64,000 bases of DNA from Bacilli bacterium (GCA_041669265.1 JBAYBM010000002.1:2391-66390); one strand, 5' to 3'. Shown: positions 19,741 through 29,485, counted from the stretch's first letter. The notes: generated by a model from the letters alone, not told the origin. Numbers and translations are program-made.

Positions 19741-21000
19741 TTATTTTTTCTTTAATTCTCTTAAATTACTAGAACGTGTAACTTCTAGTAATTTTTTATA
19801 GTTTTCATTTAAAAGACTTTCAAACTTTGAATTTCCTTCTGGAATATAAAATCTAGCTTTTTTAATTATTTCAGGTAAATATTGAATTTTAGGCCATACA
19901 TCAGGTCTATCATATGGATATAAATCTTCTTCATCTGTATTAATTGGAGTAAGTTTTAAATAATCTGGAACATCGAGTGGCATTGTTTTTGCAACTTCAT
20001 ATGCTCTATTTACAGAAAGATCAGCTACTTTAGATTTTGGAGATAAAGCAAGTTCACAAACTGTAACTGAAAGTGGAATAATTGCTTCAGGTAATCCAAC
20101 CTGATTTGCTGCATCAATAGCTACTTTACAGCGCATACAAGCACTTGGATTTGCTAAGCCTATATCTTCATAAGCAGTAACTAATAATCTTCTAGAAATG
20201 TCTTCTAAATCATTAACTATGCATAGCTTTGATAAATAATATAGTGCAGCATCAACATCACTTCCTCTAATTGATTTTTGTAAGGCGCTGACGGCATTAT
20301 AATGATCATCATCATTTTTATCCATTTGATAATTTGGAACTTTTAATATCTTTTTTGTATCTTCTAAACTTACTTTCTTTTCTTTATAAGTTATATAAAG
20401 AATTTCTAAATAGTTTAGAGCAAATCTAAAATCACCATTAGATGATTTTGCAATGTATTGCAAAGATGAATCTGAAATATCGAGTTTAGAATCTAGTCCA
20501 TCTTTTGATGTTATAGCTTTTTTTAACCCAAATTCAATATTTTCAATGCTAAGTTTTTTAACTTCTAAAAGATGACATCTACTTCTTATTGCTTTATTTA
20601 TAGAGATATATGGATTAGCAGTTGTGGCTCCAATTAAATATATTGTTCCATCTTCAATATAAGGCAATAAAATATCTTGTTTATCTTTGTTTAAGCGATG
20701 TACTTCATCAATAATAACGATTGTAGGCTTATAAATTCTTGCTTCTTCAATAGCATTTTCTATATCTTTTTTGTTACACGTAACTGCATTTAATAATATA
20801 TAGTGAACTTTTAATGATTTTGCATAAGCTTCGGCAATGGTTGTTTTACCAGTACCTGGATTTCCATATAAAATAAAAGACAATGGTAATTTTTCACGTA
20901 CTGAATTAGTAAGAAAACCATCTTCACCAACAAGTTCTTCCTGACCAATTACTTCGTCTAAAGTTTTTGGTCTCATTCTAAAAGCTAAAGGTTCTAACAT
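19741..21000 (-). CDS. rarA: replication-associated recombination protein A (AAA+ ATPase)
   Basis: MRPKTLDEVIGQE, Walker A GNPGTGKTT, Walker B IDEVHRLNK, and the MgsA C-terminal domain (HYNAVSALQKSIRGSD). Confidence 0.9.
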   Translation of the reverse strand: MLEPLAFRMRPKTLDEVIGQEELVGEDGFLTNSVREKLPLSFILYGNPGTGKTTIAEAYAKSLKVHYILLNAVTCNKKDIENAIEEARIYKPTIVIIDEVHRLNKDKQDILLPYIEDGTIYLIGATTANPYISINKAIRSRCHLLEVKKLSIENIEFGLKKAITSKDGLDSKLDISDSSLQYIAKSSNGDFRFALNYLEILYITYKEKKVSLEDTKKILKVPNYQMDKNDDDHYNAVSALQKSIRGSDVDAALYYLSKLCIVNDLEDISRRLLVTAYEDIGLANPSACMRCKVAIDAANQVGLPEAIIPLSVTVCELALSPKSKVADLSVNRAYEVAKTMPLDVPDYLKLTPINTDEEDLYPYDRPDVWPKIQYLPEIIKKARFYIPEGNSKFESLLNENYKKLLEVTRSSNLRELKKK

Positions 21001-21049
21001 ATATAAAAATTATATCAATTATGTAAATATTTTTATATAATATTTTAAT

Positions 21050-21499
21050 ATGAAAATAGTGATTCAAAACGTATTGAAAGCATCGGTTAGTATTAATGGC
21101 GAAATATATTCTTCGATAAACAAGGGCTATTTACTTTTAGTCTCTTTTACAATAGATGATAATATAGAAATTTGTAAGAAAATGGCACAAAAAATAAGTA
21201 CTTTAAGAATTTTTGATGATGAAAACGGGAAAACAAACCTTTCTATAAAAGATGTTGGTGGTAATATTTTAAGTGTTTCACAATTTACTCTTTATGCTGA
21301 TTGTAGGCATGGAAATAGACCTTCTTTTACAAGTTGTATGAAACAAGAAGAAGCTAATTTGTTGTATGAAGACTTTAATAAAGAGCTTATAAAGTTAGGT
21401 TTTGATATAAAAACTGGTGTTTTTAGAGCAGATATGAAAGTTTCTTTAGTTAATGATGGTCCATTTACCATTATATTGGATAGTAAGGAGATTTTTTAA
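21050..21499 (+). CDS. dtd: D-aminoacyl-tRNA deacylase
   Basis: 149 aa with SQFTL and NDGPFT motifs. Confidence 0.9.
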   Translation: MKIVIQNVLKASVSINGEIYSSINKGYLLLVSFTIDDNIEICKKMAQKISTLRIFDDENGKTNLSIKDVGGNILSVSQFTLYADCRHGNRPSFTSCMKQEEANLLYEDFNKELIKLGFDIKTGVFRADMKVSLVNDGPFTIILDSKEIF

Positions 21500-21500
21500 T

Positions 21501-22631
21501 ATGAAGGTCATGTTAGGTTTATCAGGCGGAGTTGATAGTGCTGTATCAGCATATTTACTAAAAGAACAAGGATATGATGTTATATGTTGTTTTATGAGAA
21601 ATTGGGATTCAATGGCAAATAATGATGTTCTTGGTAACCCAACATTGAACGATAATATATGTCCTCAAGAGAAAGATTATAACGATGCATGCCTTGTAGC
21701 TAAAAAATTAGGACTAAAAATGATGCGAATTGATTTTATTAAAGAGTACTGGGATAATGTTTTTTCCTATTTTTTAGATGAATATAAAAAAGGAAGAACT
21801 CCAAATCCTGATATTTTTTGTAATAAATATATAAAATTTGATGCATTTTTGAATTTTGCTCATAAAAATGGTTGTGAAATGATTGCAATGGGGCATTATG
21901 CTAAAAGAGTGGTTATTGGTGATAAAGCATATCTTTATAAGGCAAAAGATCTAAGTAAAGATCAATCGTACTTTTTAAGTCAAATTAATCAAAAACAATT
22001 GATGAGTTGTCTATTTCCGCTTGGTGATATTAGTAAAAAAGAGGTAAGAGAAATAGCTCATAAAATTGGCTTAGAATCTGTTATGGATAAAAAGGATTCT
22101 ACCGGTGTTTGTTTTATTGGTGAAAGGAATTTTAAAGAATTTTTAGAGAATTATTTGCCTGCACAAAAGGGTAAAATTGTTGATATAGATACAAATAGGG
22201 TGCTTGGAACACACGACGGCGTGCTTTATTATACTTTAGGTCAAAGAAGAGGCTTAGGTATTGGAGGGATACATGGAGAAGATGCAAAAGGATGGTTTGT
22301 TTGCAAAAAAGATGTTAAAAAGAATATTTTATATGTAGCAAGTGGAAGTGAAGATGAACATTTGTTTAGCGATTCTGCAATTATTAATAATCTTAATTTC
22401 TTTAATGAGAAACCTCTAGAAGGGGAACATTTGAATGTTAAGTTTAGATACAGACAACAAGATTTAGGCGTTACCATTCATTATGATAATGATAGTGCAA
22501 TTAGACTTGTTTTTGATGACAATTATAAGGCAGTTACCCCTGGTCAAGGATGTGTTTTTTATAAAAAAGATCTTTGTTTAGGTGGCGGAATTATTGATCA
22601 AGTTTTTTATAAAGGAGTGCTAAAAAACTAA
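21501..22631 (+). CDS. mnmA: tRNA 2-thiouridine(34) synthase
   Basis: The ATG at 21501 follows the SD AAGGAG (21485-21490). PP-loop LSGGVDS, NPDIFCN and DQSYFL motifs are present. The track start at 21453 is an upstream extension that overlaps dtd. Confidence 0.92.
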   Translation: MKVMLGLSGGVDSAVSAYLLKEQGYDVICCFMRNWDSMANNDVLGNPTLNDNICPQEKDYNDACLVAKKLGLKMMRIDFIKEYWDNVFSYFLDEYKKGRTPNPDIFCNKYIKFDAFLNFAHKNGCEMIAMGHYAKRVVIGDKAYLYKAKDLSKDQSYFLSQINQKQLMSCLFPLGDISKKEVREIAHKIGLESVMDKKDSTGVCFIGERNFKEFLENYLPAQKGKIVDIDTNRVLGTHDGVLYYTLGQRRGLGIGGIHGEDAKGWFVCKKDVKKNILYVASGSEDEHLFSDSAIINNLNFFNEKPLEGEHLNVKFRYRQQDLGVTIHYDNDSAIRLVFDDNYKAVTPGQGCVFYKKDLCLGGGIIDQVFYKGVLKN

Positions 22632-22758
22632 AATAACTTATATATAAATGTTTTAAAATACATTTTTTTATAAGTATGATTCAGTATTTATTTTAATATA
22701 GTATTAAAATAGTATATTATTAGTAATAAAATAGTAAATTGGTAATTTTGCTTAGTTC

Positions 22759-22787
22759 TTTACTTTTATATAGAAATTTTGTATAAT
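22759..22787 (+). promoter_or_regulatory. putative sigma-A promoter of the alaS leader
   Basis: -35 TTTACT (22759-22764), a 17-nt spacer, and an extended -10 TGTATAAT (TATAAT at 22782-22787). Confidence 0.5.
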
Positions 22788-22794
22788 TTTCTCG

Positions 22795-22976
22795 GAAATA
22801 AAGTTAACTTATACATTTTAGCGAGAACTTGAATAGATGAAAGAGTTTATGTATCAATGTAACAAGCCAATTCCAGTTTATTGTTAAATTACATTATAAA
22901 ATTAAGTGCTTTCTATGAAAGAATTAGGATGGTACCGCGAAATTATTCGTTCCTAAATTTGTTTAGGAACTTTTTT
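22795..22976 (+). promoter_or_regulatory. T-box riboswitch leader (Ala) controlling alaS
   Basis: The T-box sequence AATTAGGATGGTACCGCG lies at 22921-22938, with bulge UGGU at 22929-22932. A terminator follows. Stem I elements AGCGAGA and GATGAAAGAG are present. The candidate specifier is GCC-A at 22866-22869, just 5' of the basal helix GGAA (22795-22798) with TTCC (22871-22874). Confidence 0.85.
22948..22976 (+). terminator. T-box terminator hairpin
   Basis: GTTCCTAAA (22948-22956) pairs with TTTAGGAAC (22961-22969), followed by T7. The 5' arm overlaps the antiterminator region. Confidence 0.8.
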
Positions 22977-22994
22977 TATCTAAAGGAGAATTTT

Positions 22995-25586
22995 ATGAAA
23001 AAAATGACATCACAAGAAGTTCGCACAACTTGGTTAAACTTCTTTAAGAGTAAAGGACATATTGTAGAACCAGGAGCAAGTTTGATTCCACATAATGATC
23101 CAACTTTATTATGGATTAATGCAGGTGTTGCTGCTTTAAAAAAGTATTTTGATGGAAGTGAAATACCAGAATGCAAACGTATAACTAATGTTCAAAAATG
23201 TATAAGAACTAATGATATTGATAATGTTGGAAAAACAGCTAGACATCATACTTTTTTTGAAATGCTAGGTAACTTTTCGATTGGTGATTATTTTAGAAAA
23301 GAAGTTATAGAATTTGCTGTTGAAATCTTAACAAGTGAAAAATATTTTGGGATGCCTAAAGATAAGCTTTATTTTACTTATCATCCAGAAGACTTAGAAA
23401 CAAGAGCTTGTTGGATCAAAAACGGTATAGAAGAAGATCATTTAATTCCTTTAGAAGGCAACTATTGGCAAATTGGTGAAGGACCATGTGGTCCAAATAC
23501 CGAAGTTTTCTTCGATAGAGGCGAGAAATATGATCCAAAACATATTGGAATTGATTTATTGAAGAAAGATATGGAAAATGATCGATATATTGAAATTTGG
23601 GGTATTGTTTTCTCACAATTTAATGCAATAAATGGTGTTGATAGAAAAGATTATAAAGAATTACCTCATAAAAACATTGATACTGGTGCTGGTCTGGAAA
23701 GAATTACTTGTGTTTTACAAGAAACAGAAACTAACTTTGAAACTGATTTGTTTTATCCTTATATATTAGCAACACAAAAAATGTGCAAAAAACCATATGA
23801 AGGCGAATATTTAATGCCCTATAGAGTTATTGCTGATCATATTAGGGCATGTACATTTGCTCTTGCAGATGGCGAGATGTTTTCTAATGAAGGCCGTGGT
23901 TATGTTTTAAGAAGATTATTAAGAAGAGCTATGCGTTATGGTCAAAAGTTAGGTCTATATGAGCCTTTTTTATACAAATTAGTCGATAATGTTGTTGATA
24001 ATATGAAATGTTTTTATCCATATTTAATTGATAAAAAAGATTTTGTTAAGAAAATGGTTAAGTTTGAAGAAGAAAAATTTATTAAAACATTAAATAGTGG
24101 TGAAGATATTCTTGATTCCTTAATAAAAGGTAAAAAAGAATTATCTGGAGAAGATGCCTTTAAGCTTTATGATACATATGGTTTTCCAATTGAACTAACA
24201 ACTGAAATTTGTTCTGATAAGAACGTTAATGTCGATATAAATGGTTTTAACAAATGCTTAGAAAAACAAAAAGAATTAGCACGTAATTCCAGAAAGAATT
24301 TAGAATCATTCAATAAGCAATCAAAAGATTTAATGGATTTTAAAATTGAATCTATTTATACATATTCTTCTGATACAATCGAAGGAAAAGTTATTGGTTT
24401 GTTCAAGGAAGGTAAAAAAGTTGATAGTATTTCAGATAATGGAGAAGTAGCATTTGATAATACTAATTTCTATGCTGAAATGGGCGGTCAAGTTGCTGAT
24501 ACTGGCTTTATTGAAAATGAAAATTGCCGTGCTATTGTAGAAAATGTTACAAAAGCTCCAAATAAGCAACATTTACATGAAGTAAAAATTTTATATGGAA
24601 CAATTAATATGAATGATAAATTCACACTTTCTGTTAATAAAGATAGACATTTTTCAATTACAAAGAATCATAGTGGAACACACTTATTACAAGCTGCTCT
24701 AATTGAAGTTTTAGGGGACGGAATCAAACAAAAAGGAAGTTTTGTTAATGATGAATATTTACGTTTTGATTTTTCACATTTTGAAAAAATTAGCGAATCA
24801 GACTTAAGAAAAGTTGAAAGAATTGTTAATGAAAATATAGCTAAAGGTATTCCAAACGAAACTGTTGTTTTACCTATTGAAGAAGCTAAAAAAACAGGAG
24901 CAATTGCGGAATTTGATGAAAAATATGGTAAAGATGTTCGTGTTGTAACTTTTGGTAATGTGTCAAAAGAGTTTTGTGGTGGAAGTCATGTTAAAAATAC
25001 TTCTGATATTGGTTGTTTTGTCATCGAAACAGAAGAATCAATTGCTAGCGGAATAAGAAGAATTCAAGGTAGAACAAGTTTAAATGCATATGAATTATTA
25101 AAACAAAGAGAAGAAATTCTTAATGAAGTGAAGATTGATATGTCTTCTTCCTCATATAAAGAAGCTGAACAAAAAGTAAAAGCTTTGAATAATTCGTTTA
25201 ATGATTTAACAATTAAAATGCATAATCTTTTAAAAGAGATTGCTGTTTCAAAAGCTAATTCTTTATTGAATTCATTCGATGATAAGCATGTTATTGTTAG
25301 CTATTTAAAGAATTTTAATAAAGAATTATTAATGACAACTTATGATATTTTAAAAGTTAAATATACTGATTTTATTATTTGTCTTGTAGGTGATGACGAT
25401 ACAAAACATCCTATTATTTTAGGCATTGGTAAAGATTTGGTTAGTCAAGGAATTAAATCTAGAGATATTTTATTAAAAGCAACTAAGATTTTAGGTGGAT
25501 CTGGTGGCGGTAGACCAGATATGTCACAAGGCAATGTCCTAGATGTAACAAAAATTGAATCTGTTATAAAGGAACTTGAAAAGTAA
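22995..25586 (+). CDS. alaS: alanine--tRNA ligase
   Basis: The ATG at 22995 follows the SD AAAGGAG. MKKMTSQEVRTTWLNFFKSKGH is a typical AlaRS N-terminus. An editing domain (HSGTHLL) and a C-terminal DHHA1-like domain (GGSGGGRPDMSQG) are present. The track start at 22881 lies inside the T-box leader. Confidence 0.95.
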   Translation: MKKMTSQEVRTTWLNFFKSKGHIVEPGASLIPHNDPTLLWINAGVAALKKYFDGSEIPECKRITNVQKCIRTNDIDNVGKTARHHTFFEMLGNFSIGDYFRKEVIEFAVEILTSEKYFGMPKDKLYFTYHPEDLETRACWIKNGIEEDHLIPLEGNYWQIGEGPCGPNTEVFFDRGEKYDPKHIGIDLLKKDMENDRYIEIWGIVFSQFNAINGVDRKDYKELPHKNIDTGAGLERITCVLQETETNFETDLFYPYILATQKMCKKPYEGEYLMPYRVIADHIRACTFALADGEMFSNEGRGYVLRRLLRRAMRYGQKLGLYEPFLYKLVDNVVDNMKCFYPYLIDKKDFVKKMVKFEEEKFIKTLNSGEDILDSLIKGKKELSGEDAFKLYDTYGFPIELTTEICSDKNVNVDINGFNKCLEKQKELARNSRKNLESFNKQSKDLMDFKIESIYTYSSDTIEGKVIGLFKEGKKVDSISDNGEVAFDNTNFYAEMGGQVADTGFIENENCRAIVENVTKAPNKQHLHEVKILYGTINMNDKFTLSVNKDRHFSITKNHSGTHLLQAALIEVLGDGIKQKGSFVNDEYLRFDFSHFEKISESDLRKVERIVNENIAKGIPNETVVLPIEEAKKTGAIAEFDEKYGKDVRVVTFGNVSKEFCGGSHVKNTSDIGCFVIETEESIASGIRRIQGRTSLNAYELLKQREEILNEVKIDMSSSSYKEAEQKVKALNNSFNDLTIKMHNLLKEIAVSKANSLLNSFDDKHVIVSYLKNFNKELLMTTYDILKVKYTDFIICLVGDDDTKHPIILGIGKDLVSQGIKSRDILLKATKILGGSGGGRPDMSQGNVLDVTKIESVIKELEK

Positions 25587-26023
25587 TGGATAAATACGTT
25601 GGTCTAGATTTAGGAACAACAACTTTAGGTATTTCTAGTAGTGATATATTAGGAATTGTGCATCCTAAAGAAAATTTTGTTTTTGAAAAAGGAAATTATA
25701 AAAAAGCATTAGAACATATTTCTTCTTTTTTAAAAGAGGGGAATTATGTTAATGTCGTTATAGGCTTACCTCTTCAAATTGATCGACAAGAAGGCGAAAG
25801 ATGTGCTTCAGTACGTCGTTTTGCTTCTGATTTGAAAAATATTTGTGAAAATATTAATATCTTTTTTTGCGATGAATCATATAGTACAATTGAAGCACGT
25901 GAAAGACTCAAAGATTGTGGTTACAAAGAAGACAAAATTAAAAAAGTTATCGATATGTATAGCGCTGTTGTTATTTTAGAGGATTTTATAAGGAGCAAAG
26001 AAAATGGAACCAAAAGAAAATGA
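25586..26023 (+). CDS. ruvX: putative pre-16S rRNA nuclease / Holliday junction resolvase-like YqgF
   Basis: 145 aa, GLDLGTTTLGIS ... DESYST. The conserved position after alaS matches B. subtilis yrrK. Confidence 0.85.
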   Translation: MDKYVGLDLGTTTLGISSSDILGIVHPKENFVFEKGNYKKALEHISSFLKEGNYVNVVIGLPLQIDRQEGERCASVRRFASDLKNICENINIFFCDESYSTIEARERLKDCGYKEDKIKKVIDMYSAVVILEDFIRSKENGTKRK

Positions 26024-26270
26024 AATCATAATTTATGATGAAGATGGTAAGGAATATTTAATGAATATACTATTCACATATGAAAATCCAAATAGAAAGA
26101 CTGAATATGTTTTTGTATATGATAAAACTTCTCCTGATGATGTTATAGTTATGAAATATAATGATGAACACGAACTTTTTGAGGTTACTGATGAAGAAGA
26201 ACTTAGCGAGGCTGAAGAAGTGCTTAATGCATTTAATGACGATCCTAAAATTCAAGGGATAAAATCTTAA
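26004..26270 (+). CDS. DUF1292 (YrzB-like) small acidic protein
   Basis: 88 aa, with the pattern YDEDGKEY...F...YVFVY...V..MKY and an acidic C-terminus. The conserved position after ruvX matches Bacillus. Confidence 0.75.
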   Translation: MEPKENEIIIYDEDGKEYLMNILFTYENPNRKTEYVFVYDKTSPDDVIVMKYNDEHELFEVTDEEELSEAEEVLNAFNDDPKIQGIKS

Positions 26271-26333
26271 TTCTTTTATAGAATTAGAAGCAAAATTAAT
26301 ATATAATATTTAATCGTAAATGAGGTAATTGAT

Positions 26334-26807
26334 ATGGCAAAAGATTTAGTATTGACTAAAGAGGGCGTTGAACAACTTACAAAAGAATATAGAAATTTAA
26401 TTGATGTTCAAAGACCTGAAGTTATTGAAGCATTAAAAAATGCTCGTGCAATGGGCGATTTAAGTGAAAATGCTGATTATGATGCAGCAAGAAATAAACA
26501 AGCAGAAATCGAAGGCAGAATTAAAGAAATTGAATCAATTTTAGCTGATGCTAAAATAGTTGAAGAGAAAAAAGGTAAAACAATTAATATTTCAAATACT
26601 GTTAAATTTAAAGATTTATCCTTAAATGAGACATTCTCTGTTAAAATTGTTTCTTCAATTGAAGCTGATCCTATAAGTGATCCAAAGAATTTAAAAATTT
26701 CTAATGAATGTGAATTAGGTGTTGCATTAATTGGAAAGAAAATCGGTGATAAAGTTACAGTAAAAGCTGCTGAACCTTACGATATTGAAATTCTTGAAGT
26801 TAAATAA
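26334..26807 (+). CDS. greA: transcription elongation factor GreA
   Basis: 157 aa with the N-terminal coiled coil motif ARAMGDLSENADYDAAR. Confidence 0.92.
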   Translation: MAKDLVLTKEGVEQLTKEYRNLIDVQRPEVIEALKNARAMGDLSENADYDAARNKQAEIEGRIKEIESILADAKIVEEKKGKTINISNTVKFKDLSLNETFSVKIVSSIEADPISDPKNLKISNECELGVALIGKKIGDKVTVKAAEPYDIEILEVK

Positions 26808-26811
26808 AATT

Positions 26812-26840
26812 AAAAAATGACTCTTAAGAGTCTTTTTTTT
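26812..26840 (+). terminator. intrinsic terminator after greA
   Basis: An A-run, the palindrome GACTCTTAAGAGTC (26819-26832), and T8 (26833-26840). Confidence 0.8.
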
Positions 26841-26852
26841 ACAAAACTTTTG

Positions 26853-26885
26853 TATTTACTCCCTTCTTGCTAATTAGGAGGGAGT
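26853..26885 (+). promoter_or_regulatory. conserved SD-sequestering leader element, copy 1 (upstream of comEA)
   Basis: TATTTACTCCCTTCTTG-CTA-ATTAGGAGGG matches 48437-48466 at 27/30 positions. CCCTTCT (26861-26867) can pair with the SD AGGAGGG (26876-26882) across an 8-nt loop. Confidence 0.5.
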
Positions 26886-26893
26886 TTTATTAT

Positions 26894-27445
26894 ATGGTAA
26901 TAAAAATAATTATATGTGTAGCAATTGCAACTATTATTGGGTTAGTGGTAATGCAATTTATTGATCCACAATTAAATGGTACTACTACAACAGAAACAGT
27001 GAATGGAGAAAGTACCGAAGAAACCGAGGATAAAAATAATTATTCGATAACAGGTAATGTTTCAAATCCAGGGAAGTATTTATTAGAAATTGATTCAACA
27101 ATGGAAGATTTAATTTCAGCAGCTGGTGGAGTAACTTCAAAAGCTGATGATCGTTGTTTTTATTTAGATGCAGTTTTAACAAGTGATTCATCTTACTATA
27201 TTCCACCAAAATATGACCCAACTGATATATGTGGTGGAGAAGAAATAACGAAGATTAATATAAATAGTGCAGAAGAGGATGATTTACTTGAACTTACAGG
27301 ATTTGGGAGCGTTTTAGCTTCAAATCTATTAGAATATAGAACAAATAATGGTCTCTTTTATACTTTAGAAGCAGTTATGAATGTAAGTGGAATTGGAAAC
27401 TCAAAATTCAGTTTAATTAAAGATTATATAATCTTACATGAATAA
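26894..27445 (+). CDS. comEA: competence protein ComEA (DNA receptor; SLBB plus helix-hairpin-helix)
   Basis: N-terminal TM segment, SLBB-like GNVSNPGKYLLEIDSTMEDLISAAGG, and C-terminal HhH LTGFGSVLASNLLEYR ... VSGIGNSKF. The ATG at 26894 lies 9 nt after the SD. Confidence 0.85.
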   Translation: MVIKIIICVAIATIIGLVVMQFIDPQLNGTTTTETVNGESTEETEDKNNYSITGNVSNPGKYLLEIDSTMEDLISAAGGVTSKADDRCFYLDAVLTSDSSYYIPPKYDPTDICGGEEITKININSAEEDDLLELTGFGSVLASNLLEYRTNNGLFYTLEAVMNVSGIGNSKFSLIKDYIILHE

Positions 27446-29468
27446 GTTTTTCTTATTCTTTTTAAGTATATTAAGTGGAATATTAATCTTTAATACTAAT
27501 TATTTTTATTATGGAATTGTATTTTTAGTTCTTTCAATATTTTTTATCGTTAAAAAATATCGTAAATCAAAAATAATTATTATCATTTCAATAGTATTAT
27601 TTTGCTATGGTGTCTTTAGATCTAATTACCATTTTAATACGTTACAATCAGACTATTTTTATGGTTTTGTAATTGAAAAAAAAGAAAATTATTGTATTTT
27701 ATTTGATGGTGTTGAAAGAATTTACATTAATACAAAAAATCTTAACATAAAGTTATATGATGTAGTAAAAATTAAAGGAAATTTTACCAGCATTTCATTT
27801 GTAACTTTAGAAAGCGGGTTTAATTTTGAAGAATACTTAAACAATAAGGGAATCCAAAACCAAATAGAGATAAGTGAACTTACAAATATATTTTCTTTTC
27901 CATTTGATATATTTGCATATAAGCAGAACATAATAAATAAATTTAGTAATGAAAATGCAAAATTTTTAGCTTCTTCATTACTATTTGGAGAAGGAGACAA
28001 TGAAGCAAATATTTATTCATCAATCAAAATATTAAATTTATTTGTATTGTTTTCATATACTGGTATTTATTTGAATTTTTTATTATATGGTTTAGCAAAA
28101 TTATTATCATTAAAATTCTCAAAGAAGAATTCTAGAATTATGTCTTTTTTATTTCTGTTACCTTTTTTGTTTATCAATATAAATAAATTTGTAACAATTA
28201 AAGTAATAGCTTTTTATTTATTTTCTTTTATAAATACCTTCAAATATAAATCATTTTTTGAAAAAATAGAAAAAATATCGATGATAGGCCTTTTATTTTT
28301 AATCTATAATCCGTTTTTATTATATCAAAAATCATTTCATATATCTTTTTTGATTATGTTTATTAATTGTTTTCTTGGTCTTTATTATTTAAAGTATAAA
28401 GGGTTTAAACTAAGAATAATTAAGAACATAATCAATATTTTATTGTTGGTTCCTTTTATGATTGAAATTAATCATTCTATAAATATAGTTTCGTTTATTT
28501 TGACATTTTTGCTTCTACCACTTACAAAAGGATTTATTTGTCTTTTATTACTTTATTTGTTAGGGTTGAGCATAAAATATTTTGAAGATTTATTAATACT
28601 CTTTTCTAAGGTTATAATAAAGTTGGAAAATAGTTATTTACAAATTAATGTACCTACATTAAACCCAATTTTAATAATATTATATTATTCTATATTAATT
28701 TTTATCTTTTACTTTTTAGAAATTAATCATAAAAAATATTATAAAAAAGGCATTCTTATAACAACTTTTGCTTTAATTTTATATTCTTTTCCAATAAAAA
28801 ACATGGTGACTTTTGAAGTAGATTACATAAACGTTGGCCAAGGTGACTCTTCATTAATTAGATATCAACAAAACACAATGTTAATTGATACTGGAGGTTT
28901 AATATATAACGATGTAGCAATAAACAACTTAATCCCATATTTTAAAAAGAAAAGAATTTATGAAATAAATACATTATTTATTACTCATGATGATTATGAT
29001 CATAATGGGGCTTTAGATAGTTTAAATGAACATTTTAAAATTAATAATATTGTTGATGAAAACGACGATTTTCCATATTATTTTAATGGAATAAAAATAG
29101 AGAACTTAAATCAAGATTTTAATGAAGACGCTGAAGAAAATGAAAAATCTTTAGTTTTACGATTTACAATTAAAAACATTACTTTCCTCTTTATGGGAGA
29201 TGCTCCGATAGAAGTAGAAAAAAACATTATTAATAATGGTTATGATATTACAGCTGATTATTTAAAAGTAGGGCATCACGGTAGTAACACATCTTCATCA
29301 GAAGATTTTATTTCAAAAACAAATGCTAAAGAAGCTATTATTAGTTGTGGTTTAAATAATAAATTTCATCATCCACATAAAGAAGTACTCGATGTATTGA
29401 ATAAAAATGAAATAAAGATAAGAAGAACTGATCTTGAAGGAACAATTGAATATATTTTTTATGTTTAA
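27438..29468 (+). CDS. comEC: DNA internalization competence protein ComEC/Rec2
   Basis: Polytopic membrane domain plus a C-terminal metallo-beta-lactamase domain (VGQGDSSLI, ITHDDYDHNGAL, KVGHHGSNTSSS). It overlaps comEA by 8 nt. Confidence 0.9.
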   Translation: MNKFFLFFLSILSGILIFNTNYFYYGIVFLVLSIFFIVKKYRKSKIIIIISIVLFCYGVFRSNYHFNTLQSDYFYGFVIEKKENYCILFDGVERIYINTKNLNIKLYDVVKIKGNFTSISFVTLESGFNFEEYLNNKGIQNQIEISELTNIFSFPFDIFAYKQNIINKFSNENAKFLASSLLFGEGDNEANIYSSIKILNLFVLFSYTGIYLNFLLYGLAKLLSLKFSKKNSRIMSFLFLLPFLFININKFVTIKVIAFYLFSFINTFKYKSFFEKIEKISMIGLLFLIYNPFLLYQKSFHISFLIMFINCFLGLYYLKYKGFKLRIIKNIINILLLVPFMIEINHSINIVSFILTFLLLPLTKGFICLLLLYLLGLSIKYFEDLLILFSKVIIKLENSYLQINVPTLNPILIILYYSILIFIFYFLEINHKKYYKKGILITTFALILYSFPIKNMVTFEVDYINVGQGDSSLIRYQQNTMLIDTGGLIYNDVAINNLIPYFKKKRIYEINTLFITHDDYDHNGALDSLNEHFKINNIVDENDDFPYYFNGIKIENLNQDFNEDAEENEKSLVLRFTIKNITFLFMGDAPIEVEKNIINNGYDITADYLKVGHHGSNTSSSEDFISKTNAKEAIISCGLNNKFHHPHKEVLDVLNKNEIKIRRTDLEGTIEYIFYV

Positions 29469-29485
29469 TCTATTATAATAAATAT

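Noticed and set aside
22881-22994. N-terminal extension of alaS in the ORF track (TTG start at 22881)
   Set aside because: The extension translates the T-box and terminator sequence. A strong SD with an ATG at 22995 yields the canonical AlaRS N-terminus.
26819-26832. Perfect 14-nt palindrome GACTCTTAAGAGTC as a possible operator or restriction-type site
   Set aside because: It is flanked by an A-run and a T8 run directly after the greA stop, so the simplest reading is the stem-loop of an intrinsic terminator.
26867-26893. TTG start for comEA (track) lying inside the conserved leader element
   Set aside because: This start would lie inside the hairpin and upstream of the SD. The ATG at 26894 has proper SD spacing and begins directly at the TM helix.
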